The notes under the pieces: generated by a model
Told to the model about the DNA's origin: nothing
The model's database searches: none
Seen by the model: only the letters and a program-made list of their open reading frames with translations
Source: Azolla caroliniana
Lineage: Eukaryota; Plantae; Polypodiophyta
Direction: 5' to 3'
NCBI GenBank assembly: GCA_043228905.1
Contig: JBHGNT010001063.1
Location: 1-12,457, forward strand
Length of the DNA: 12,457 nt
Position numbers and translations under genes: made by a program
Shown here: positions 1-8,149 of the stretch, piece after piece
Position numbering within the stretch: position 1 is the first letter of the stretch
How the letters are laid out: each line of letters starts with the position of its first letter

Positions 1-7
1 AAGGTCG

Positions 8-366
8 TATATTGCTGCCACTTTTTGATCCAATGGATTTAACTCCTTCTCACTGCCGCCATTCTACTCTTAGTTGTCGTCACTGTGTATTCCAAGCATC
101 ATCTACCATTGTTCGATCTGACGGAGTTCACTCCTCCATTTCCATCATTCTACACTCAGTTGTCGCTATTATTCAGTCCTGGATTGTTGCCACTGTTCGA
201 TTAGACGGAGTTCACTCATCCATTGCCATCATTCTTCACTTAGTTGCCGCTACTGTTCGGTCGTGTATTGCTGCCACTTTTCGATCCGAGGGAGTTCACT
301 CCTTCTCCACTGCCACCATTGTACTCTTAGATGTCGTCACAGTGTGTTCCAAGCATCATCTACCAC
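8..366. repeat. Degenerate tandem repeat of ~84-88 bp monomers forming a ~257 bp higher-order unit
   Basis: GGAGTTCACT at 123, 207 and 291 (84 bp period), with a variant GGATTTAACT at 35. CAAGCATCATCTACCA at 93 and 350 (257 bp apart). Confidence 0.85.
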
Positions 367-471
367 TTTTCTAGTTACAAATTTCTGTCTCAAAGTGTTG
401 TAAATTTGCACCAAATTCACATTAAAAATTTTGTTTTTGCACCAATTCTGATAATTGATTTTCTATTTCAG

Positions 472-1853
472 GTGGCTCCTTCCTCCCTCTCCTAGAGTGC
501 TGAACTTCACAAAATTTTGCGAGACAAAGGAGGACTTTCACAACATATATGGTCTGTCACTCGAGGGTATTGACCCTGTTGTTCTAACAGATAGATTGAT
601 TAGTGATGTAGACTAGATGTCAGTATAGAAAGTGCCTAGAGTGAAAGGCAAGGTCAAGCTCAAGCATGTACGACCGGACCTGTACGACGGCTGCATGATA
701 CTGCACTAGAAAGTACATCAAGAGATCCCGGTCAACAACGAGTTGTCTGTTTCATTTGCCAGAGCTTTTGCATATGAGTATTGCAAAACAACGAAGGAAT
801 CTCATGACCCTGAAATGTAAAGGGTAGCTTGGGCAATTTATGGTGAGGCATCGGTAGAAAGTTGTCGGAAGATGGGGAGCTTGCAACAAAAAATGGCAAG
901 ATTTTGGAGCATGGCAGTTGATGATGCAACTGCCGACTCCCAACAAACCTGCAAGTATACGCCACACCAACACACAATGAAAGCCAATGTCGATGATACA
1001 GGTGAGACATTGATTAGCTATATGCTAAAAAATGCCCATGAAGCCAGTGAGACATTAGAGTTTTTAAAGATTGATTTAGAGAAAGCAATATTGGCTGCTG
1101 CGATGGAGAGCAAAGTCACTTTGGCAGTTACAACAATCAAAAATAAGATTCAGGTAACTATTGCTTTGCTAGTATGTAATATGTTATAAATAACTTGTAC
1201 ATGAAAATGTGCTACTGAGGCATTATCTGGAACAGGTTTCTCAACATGAGCTTGAAATTGAGGGGTCGTTGGATCCCCAACGGAAAATTCAACTACAGAC
1301 AGAGATCCAGGTTCTTTCAATGAACCTGGACCTTCTAGGTGTAAATACTATCGCAGATTACAATTTGGAAAAGCTACAAGTAAGTTAATGATAATTGTTT
1401 CTTGTTGTTGTATCTTCCTCATTAAGGAATAATTAATCGGTAAATTTCTCCGCTGCGTTGAAGGAACAATACTCCCATCAAGAACATGCAGTTAGTTGGC
1501 TTAAGAAGCTGCTACATTTTTCAGAGGGGATGGTACGGAGCAGACAAGAATTGGACCTGAACATTCTTGCTCCCTTACCAAATGAAGGAGAACCAGGAAA
1601 CGATATATTGACTATTCAAGCACGTTGCATCGAATGTGGATTACGTGTAGTGGACAAATCTGCTACTCTGTTGGTTCACCTACAATCATGCCAACACACA
1701 TACCATATCGTTTGTTTTCAATATGCATGTCACATTGCTGCATTCTGTTTGGGGGATTGTAGTACAGCTCTCCTAGTTGAGTGGAGAAAACACACAGGTA
1801 AAATTGTTGCTTGTGACCATAGTGTAGCTAATTACTTCCATCTTTGCAATTAG
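472..1853 (+). pseudogene. Spliced pseudogene inside the CACTA end: unknown N-terminal domain, predicted helical segment and C-terminal RING-H2-like zinc finger
   Basis: Predicted exons 472-1153, 1236-1379 and 1464-1853 with GT..AG introns (1154-1235 and 1380-1463, both phase 0) join in one frame of ~404 codons. Four in-frame stops (614, 626, 707, 818) and no frameshift. Motif C-x2-C-x17-C-x-H-x2-H-x2-C-x10-C-x3-C at 1626-1760. Confidence 0.75.
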
Positions 1854-1905
1854 GTAAGCCGTATAATGTGTGGATAACTATTTAGCTATTATGGTTGTAC
1901 TGTAG

Positions 1906-2500
1906 TAGCTAATTAGCTAACATGTAGTTAATTAGCTAAGTGGTAGCTAATTAGCTACTACCATAGTTTAATTCAGTAGCTAATTAGCTACTACCATAGT
2001 TTAGTATTGTAGCTAATTGGGTACTGCCATACGTTAGCTGAGTAGCGAATTAGCTAAGTGATAGCTAATTAGCTACTACCATAGTTTACTAGAGTAGCTA
2101 ATTAGCTACTACCATAGTTTACTAGAGTAGCTAATTAGCTACTACCATAGTTTACTACAATAGCTAATTAGCTACTACCATATGTTAGTTGAGTAGCTAA
2201 TTAGCTAAGTGGTAACTAATTAGCTAAGCTAAGTGGTAGCTAATTAGCTACTACCATAGTTTAATACATTAGCTAATTAGCTAAATGGTAGCTAATTAGC
2301 TACTACCATAGTTTAGTACAATAGCTAATTAGCTAAGTGGTAGATAATTAGCTACTACTATAGTATAGTACAATAGCTAATTAGCTACCACTTAGCTAAT
2401 TAGCTACTACCATACTTTAACTGAGTAGCTAATTAGGTAAGTGGTAGCTAATTAGCTACTACCATAGTTTAGTACAATAGATAATTAGCTAAGTGGTAGC
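1906..2500. repeat. CACTA subterminal repeat array built on the 14-bp palindrome TAGCTAATTAGCTA
   Basis: About 15 perfect and ~7 imperfect copies (hand count), separated by a 5-bp spacer (AGTGG) or a ~19-bp spacer (CTACCATAGTTTAGTACAA-like). The array ends ~28 bp from the TIR tip. Confidence 0.9.
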
Positions 2501-2547
2501 GACCAAAAATGTAATTTTTCACGTAGTGTGCGTATTACACTACGACA

Positions 2548-2698
2548 ACGTCACATGCTAGTTGTCGGAATTCCGAAGCATAGACAAAAGTTCAAGAGAA
2601 TATTCTTGACATTGCTCCGAAGGCCTCGTTGAAAGTGATTAGCTAAAGCTTGATCATCCCAGTTGACGTCACATGCTAGTTGTCGGAATTCCGAAGCA
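2548..2698 (-). repeat. Local duplications of gypsy gag sequence
   Basis: 2587-2698 matches 2850-2961 (112 bp, 6 mismatches, all transitions). 2548-2590 matches 2929-2971. Confidence 0.9.
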
Positions 2699-3490
2699 GG
2701 AGTAATACCATGGGTTGTACGATTGGGGCATGTCGTGGAAATGAATGAGTCTAACCCCAAGTCCAACGCTCTTCCTGGCGAAATTCAAAAATATGATTGT
2801 CACAAAGGACTGCTTGTGAAATCTCTTGGGATAACGAGGTGGGCTCAGGAAAGTTCAAGAGAATATTCTTGACATTGCTCTGAAGGCCTCGCCGAAAGTG
2901 ATTAGCTAAAGCTTGATCATCCCAATTGACGTCACATGCTAGTTGTCAGAATTTCGAAGCATAGACAGAAGCTGCACATGAACCTTGTTCGAGTGCATAA
3001 AGCTTGGTGAGGTTGTACGTTGTCGGCCCATCTCTCCAAATGGCTTCTAACTCGGCGAGGAAGGCGGGAAAGTCCTCCAATAGAGGTGACGAAGTTTCTA
3101 CTAAAGGTGCAAACCAAGCTTGGTATGGACCGGAGAGGAGGGGGTGCCCACAAGTCCGACTTGTCAAAGACCATTTGCGTAATGTTGAGGTTGTAGCCAA
3201 ATGATTAGACGAATTTGGTTGATGAAACCCTAGAAACGTGACCTCATTCCATCAAATTTTTCTAGGAGGCTAATCTTAGGCTCAAGAAAATGAGAAAAAG
3301 CTAGATCAAATGTTGGTAGAAGATTTGGCTCCGGGCTAGGTTGTGGTGGGACACTAGGCTCCGTGGGTTGCGAGGATAGGGAGGCGCCGACTTGAAGTTC
3401 TCGTAAAGAATTCCGAAGAGCTTCATTTTCAAGCTAGAGTTGTTGTAAGGCTGTCATTATCTGGCTTAAGTCACAGGTTGGGTAGGACAT
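2699..3490 (-). pseudogene. gag: Degenerate Ty3/gypsy gag (Retrotrans_gag, PEG10/RTL1-like capsid) of element A
   Basis: ATG at 3490. Across stops and frameshifts it reads EPKISLLEKFDG..FINQIRLII..LLSGPYQAWFAPLVETSSPLLEDFPAFLAEL..LTKLYALEQGSCAASVYASKF*QLACDVNWDDQALANHF..GL.SNVKNILL, typical of chromovirus-type gag. Confidence 0.88.
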
Positions 3491-3527
3491 AGCTACGACT
3501 AATGAGAAGGAGAGCTACGAGGATGGG

Positions 3528-3538
3528 AAGGTGAACAA
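3528..3538 (-). promoter_or_regulatory. Primer-binding site of element A, self-priming type (TTGTTCACCTT)
   Basis: Lies 2 nt after the LTR end and lacks the TGG of a tRNA PBS. It is perfectly complementary to LTR bases 3633-3623 (AAGGTGAACAA on the minus strand). Confidence 0.75.
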
Positions 3539-3540
3539 AT

Positions 3541-3810
3541 TGTCACGGTAGAAAATATACACAAGAGAGTAGAAGATAATCAAAGGGATGAGTTGATTAA
3601 TTGAAAGACTCTATAACTAGTGTTGTTCACCTTGATTATAATCTAGGTGAACACACATATTTATACAAGTTTTGAGATTGAATATCTCTAGACTATACCT
3701 AAGAAATATCTTTAGAATATACCTGAGAAATATCTCTAGAATATACTCATTTAGAATATACCATAGAACATTTCTAGAATATACTAAAGACTAGAATATT
3801 CTATATGACA
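3541..3810 (-). mobile_element. 5' LTR (270 bp) of Ty3/gypsy element A
   Basis: Termini TGTCA...TGACA. Minus-strand TATAAATA at 3665-3658. U3 contains repeated (TC)TAGAATATAC motifs (~3680-3803). It sits immediately upstream of the PBS and gag. Confidence 0.85.
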
Positions 3811-3932
3811 GGCTATATAATATTAACCATATACAATTTACATATAATGTAAGGGTTTCCAAATGGTTGATCTAATACTACATATTGGGTGTGTTATAGG
3901 TCATAGGTTCGAGTCACATCCTAGATGTGACA

Positions 3933-5966
3933 CCGACCCCCTGTCAAATATGTTGCCTGGCACTTCTTTGCCTTTAATTATCACTTTAACCGATGGATCT
4001 TGTTCATTGAGCATTGTCGGTCCTTGAGTTGGATTTGTAAAATTAGTGGGTACGACCCGTGATTCTTCCTTCCTAATGATAGCTATTATTGTTCCTGTGA
4101 ACCTTGGCATTAATTTTAGTAATCCCGACAAGGGTAATGTGATTTGGCTATCGACTAGAACATGCCATGTTGAAATTTCGGCTAAGGTTCATCCACTACT
4201 ATCAATTGTATCTTCGGTTGGGTTGTCAGCCGATATTTCACTCATTTCTTGTTGCATTCGATCGACATTTTTCTTATTAGCTTGTTCAACCCATGTTTTC
4301 GCCGCCTACCTAATCTCATCTTGAACATCTCACTTGGATTGTTTTGCTTTACTTTGTGTGGTAACTTGTTGTACCTTAGTTGTTACCATGTTGATGTTGG
4401 AGCTTTTCCTCGTTCCTTGTTCGAGCACCTATTTGCATAGTGACCCTCCTTTCTACAATTATAGCATATGGGGTTTGCTAACTCACTCGACTCACCTCGT
4501 TCGTTTTGTGCTTGCTACGACTGGAATTGTTGTTTGCCTGGTTCATCCTGAATCCAGGGATTGTATTGAAATTGCCTAGCTTGTTTAGGACATCTCTGAT
4601 CGTCTCGTCTGTCTTCATGTGGTTGAAATTGGCGATTACTTTGCTAATTATCCTCCATTTGATGTTAATCATAATGCCTTCAATGATCTCCATTGTGTCT
4701 TGATTCGGAGAATCCATCTCTATTGTCGTTGCCAAATGGTTGTTTGTCGGCTCTTGATTCTCTTTTATATTGAGGTGAATAATCACGATCATATCTATTC
4801 CAGCTATCTCTTCTATATTCGTCCACCCAAAATATGTCTTTCGCTGGCCGGAATCTCTCTTCATACCGGGGTTAGTCTTCTTCTCCAAACCAATCCGGTT
4901 GCCGAATTAGGTCATCATGCCAAATTTGGTCTTCTCTACGGCTCTATGTGCCTAATTGGAGCAGCTACTTTGTTGAACAAAATGTATTCACACTGGTCTA
5001 TTGTATGGGCTCTTGAGTGACAAATCGGATAATGTGTCCGCATGGTGCATTCGATTATTGAATGGGCAGGATTTAAACCAGTTTTGCATTAAACTGCTTG
5101 CCAGAATTTCAGCTCTTCTTCCTTCGGTAAGGCTCGTTGTAATGATGCCATTGACATGCTATTATTGGTATGTGCTTTGTCCATTATCAGTACATAGGCA
5201 ATGACTTGCTCAATTGTGTCATCTTTGAAATCTAACATTGCCAATGACGTCTGAAGTGGTTCTCAGAGAGCTATCAAGAATGTCTCTTTTAAATCTTCAT
5301 CTAGAGGTGCGCGCACTAGTTGCCTCTGAAGATTTTGGAACCGAATTATAAATTGTGAAACCATCTCGTGTGGTTCTTGATGCGACATAGAACTGACTCA
5401 TTAGTTCTCTTTGTGCTATTCTTCAATGAAATAATTTGACAAATTTGTTAGTGAGTTATTTGAAAGGTTCAAACTCGGAATCCTCTTAGTCATGTTACGA
5501 ATACCAAATCACCAATTGACCTTCCAGTGTTAATCCGAATTCTGCAATCTTCAATGCATCCAAGTCGGCTTGTGACTGTCTTTGAGACACATGGTTAGCT
5601 TGCCATGTAAGAAAGGCGTGCACATGCCCTTCAACATCAATCTCATCGTTGTATTTTGGATACGGATATGGCATCATATCCTCTTCTTGAAATTTTGTCG
5701 ACTCGCCACGTGGGTTGATCAGTATCAGAACCTCTAGTTCTTGTGTGTTAGGCTTCAATGACAATACTATCTTGGTCACTTGATTGAGAAAGTTGATTAT
5801 TGAACATCTCGTTCTCCAAACTATCGTCAGAAATCCTTAAGCCTAGAATTGTTGTTAACTCATCTTCGGCTTCTAACTGAACTGCTTCTACTCGACGGTG
5901 CTCTAATCGTGGGCGTGGTTCTTTGTATCTAACAGATCCATCGTAGTCACTCTGTTCAAACGACAT
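3933..5966 (-). pseudogene. gag-pol: Degenerate Ty3/gypsy gag plus N-terminal half of the aspartic protease (element B)
   Basis: YPYPKYND..EGHVHAFLTWQANHVSQR..KIAEFGLTLEGQLVIWYS capsid-like segment. Two decayed CCHC knuckles (~4990-5088) and an intact CYNCRKEGHYANRC (4466-4425). IKGKEVPGNIFDRGS is a decayed protease DGGS active site (~3945-3934), where homology breaks off. Confidence 0.85.
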
Positions 5967-6007
5967 CCATCCTCCTTCTATTCATTGTCTCTCACATATC
6001 GAACCAC

Positions 6008-6015
6008 GCGTGCCA
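6008..6015 (-). promoter_or_regulatory. Probable PBS of element B (TGGCACGC, tRNA-Arg-like)
   Basis: TGG-initiated octamer between the putative LTR end (6021) and gag start (5966). TGGCACGC begins tRNA-Arg-type PBSs of Tat/Ogre-like gypsy elements, but the match is only 8 nt. Confidence 0.5.
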
Positions 6016-6020
6016 AATTG

Positions 6021-6530
6021 TGTTATACCCTCTCAGTAAACACGGGTCATATACTTAATCCCTAAGTGCCCTGATCAAGGTTTGTGGTTGGGGACGGGAT
6101 TAAAACTCCCAATTTGATAGATAGATTAAGTATGTGAATTATAATTGACCGGATGTTATGGACATACTCCGACACTGTCCGAATCGGTTACAACCGATTG
6201 GATCCCAAGCAATACACTTAAAATAGAACTCAGACACTCAGACACACTATTCTCCAAATAAAAATATGTTAACTTAATACTCTCTTATAGACCGATAGAT
6301 TTTTACAATGCTTCATGCCCCATTTTATAGAAATCATGGAAAGGTTACATCAAATACATGTAATTTGGTAGTAGTTAACTAACTTCTACTATTTTACAAT
6401 TTCGGCTAATATATATCTTGGCTTTTTGGCTATATCTTCGTCTAGCTTCACACTTGTCTAGCTACGACCTACTTTCATACTTGTTTTGGCCTTTTGGCCC
6501 TTTCACACCTTGGGTCGTCCTGCCTAGCTA
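6021..6530 (-). mobile_element. Probable 5' LTR of element B (outer end uncertain)
   Basis: Ends ...GGGTATAACA on the minus strand next to the PBS. TATA-like CTATAAAATG at ~6330-6321. No clean TG start at the junction with the copia gag (~6530). Confidence 0.6.
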
Positions 6531-7074
6531 ATAGATTGCAGGTCGAAGAATGAGGGTGGCTTCTCCCTTGTGCATATTGCCATCCAGAATGATCCAAACC
6601 TGTGTGTCAAACCTCCAAGACAAATCTCGACCATCTTGTCTTCATCAACCATCACATTGATGGATCCCAGAGAGTTGCATATGTCTTTGATTTGGGAAGT
6701 GTAGTCGGGCACCGACATATCTCTTTGTCAGATGTTGTTGAGTTCCCATCTAAGTTGCAACTTCCTAGTTGTTGTGCTCGCGGTGGAAACCTTCTTCAAA
6801 ATTTCCCAAGCCTCCTTCGGCATCTTTGCATCTATGATGTAGCCCAGCATTTGATCTTGAACACAAGACACTAGACAATAAAGCAGCTTGCGTGCTACTT
6901 GCTCCATGTCATGAAATCCTTGTGTGTTGGCTCTGGTGCTTCTTCATTAACTTGATCTATATAACTCCACTACTTGTGTCATAACAGATACTAATGCATC
7001 TTGTATTCCCAAGATGCATAGTTGTTCATTTCCAACTTTTTTTTTGGAATAACACTTCCCCTGTTTCTTTCCAT
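6531..7074 (-). pseudogene. gag: Degenerate Ty1/copia gag N-terminal part (DUF4219 / Retrotran_gag_2-like), element C
   Basis: ATG at 7074, then KLEMNNYASWEYKMH*YLL..WSYI..DAKMPKEAWEILKK..TTTRKLQLRWELNNI*QRDMSVPDY..IKDICNSLGSINVMVDEDKMVEICLGGL..PSFFDLQS. Contains stops and one frameshift. Confidence 0.9.
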
Positions 7075-7149
7075 CCTTGTTGTTGTTCAACTACCTAGCT
7101 TTTTGTGTACAACAAATGTTGGCTATAGAGGATCAGACTCAACCCTCGC

Positions 7150-7161
7150 GCTTTGATACCA
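7150..7161 (-). promoter_or_regulatory. tRNA-iMet primer-binding site of copia element C
   Basis: Minus-strand TGGTATCAAAGC (canonical TGGTATCAGAGC, 1 mismatch) directly after the LTR terminal CA. Confidence 0.92.
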
Positions 7162-7484
7162 TGTAAATATTTATGTAAGTTTACACTTAGTCAGATCAGC
7201 CGAACAAACAAAACAACAAAGTTTGAATCACAGACAATAAAGATGGTGATGGAGATAAATTAGAGATGGAAAAGAATACACAGAGTAAGTATTATAGAGA
7301 ATGGTCAACCCACTCACAACTTGCTCACAAAGCATCTCTTATACACAACCTTAAATGAGTCGGCTAACACAAGTACAATAAATGGCTCATTCATGAGCAC
7401 TGGATTCTACCCTACACTAAATTCTAGTCTAACTAGAGTATTTCTAAGTCAACATTAAAAGGGATTGAGCTTGACGTCTCAACA
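7162..7484 (-). mobile_element. 5' LTR of Ty1/copia element C
   Basis: Minus strand TGTTGAGA (7484) ... ATTTACA (7162) abutting the PBS. TATA-like TATAAGAG near 7340. An alternative outer end is at 7454 (TGTTGACT). Confidence 0.75.
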
Positions 7485-7684
7485 TGATCTTATTGTTGAC
7501 GAAGTTGCACAAGATGTTTTGCATGATATTGTTCTAAATTACTCTTTTTGTTGGAGGTCAAAGAGTTATTGTAAATATTATAGTTACTTCAATTAGCACA
7601 ATGACTTGCTTTTCCAAAATATTTTACCATATGTTTCTTGAAAGCAAGAAGAAAAAGTTGAAAGACTTGTTCTCTATGGTCATT

Positions 7685-7990
7685 GGCATCCAAATCTCTG
7701 TCTCAGGCTGCTTTGCCAAACCCCTTTTTAACGTTGTTGTTAGGTTGGGTATATCTTTGGTGATAGCTTGCTATAGATCGAGACCAAAACCCCTTCTTTT
7801 CTCTGATGATGATGGAAGCTTGTTTGATATTATCGGGTTTCTTATTGTTGGCCTCACTTGGGCTCTTGTTATGGTTCCCCTCAAACGAATGAAGCTAAGT
7901 AAAAGCTTTGGAATTGGCCTTATACTCCTTTATTTTGGGTTCTTAGTTACAAGAATGTGTTATGTCATGGGCTGGACCTCACCAAAATAA
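7685..7990 (+). pseudogene. CCX: Orphan C-terminal fragment of a cation/calcium exchanger (CCX)
   Basis: GIQISVSGCFAKPLFNVVVRLGISL..L.KSFGIGLILLYFGFLVTR matches the CCX C-terminus (GVQIAxSGCYAGPMFN..GLG). The conserved Gly codons appear altered (AGP>AKP, GLG>RLG), and the preceding alpha-2 GNSxGD motif is missing and replaced by unrelated sequence. Confidence 0.85.
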
Positions 7991-8149
7991 GAGCTTGTAT
8001 GTTTTAGTTTCTTATATATAGCTCACCAAATTTGTAATATATACCAATGTAGATATTTATTATTTTCAAGCATCAATAAGATCAAATAATCCTCTGCTCA
8101 TTGTATAAACTAAAGCGGGATGATATGATCCTCATAATCTGTATATGAG

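Larger units (their letters stand above)
1..2528. mobile_element. Right-hand end of a CACTA (En/Spm) DNA transposon; left end outside the window
   Basis: Sequence ends ...AATTTTTCACGTAGTG at 2528 (reverse complement CACTACGTGAAAAATT..., a canonical CACTA TIR), directly after a ~600 bp subterminal repeat array. No transposase is seen in the window, so including 1-1900 in the element is inferred from contiguity. Confidence 0.8.

Noticed and set aside
12-374. 120-aa ORF
   Set aside because: By-product of the 84-bp tandem repeat, with a non-ATG start and no recognisable domain.
732-1010. Minus-strand ORFs 732-1010 and 752-973
   Set aside because: Antisense shadows of the spliced plus-strand pseudogene.
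1906-2500. CRISPR-like array (palindromic repeat plus spacers)
   Set aside because: Spacers are only 5 or ~19 bp and are themselves repeated, there are no cas genes, the context is eukaryotic, and the array abuts a CACTA TIR.
3850-3932. Functional tRNA gene
   Set aside because: Only a T-loop/B-box-like motif is present and I cannot build a cloverleaf.
4046-5204. Cluster of plus-strand ORFs and the 136-aa minus ORF 4478-4888
   Set aside because: Antisense or probably off-frame readings of the low-complexity gypsy gag region.
7486-7512. DLIVDEVA as the CCX alpha-2 'GDLIAD' remnant
   Set aside because: Too short, and separated from the CCX tail by ~170 bp of unrelated sequence. It cannot be told from chance.
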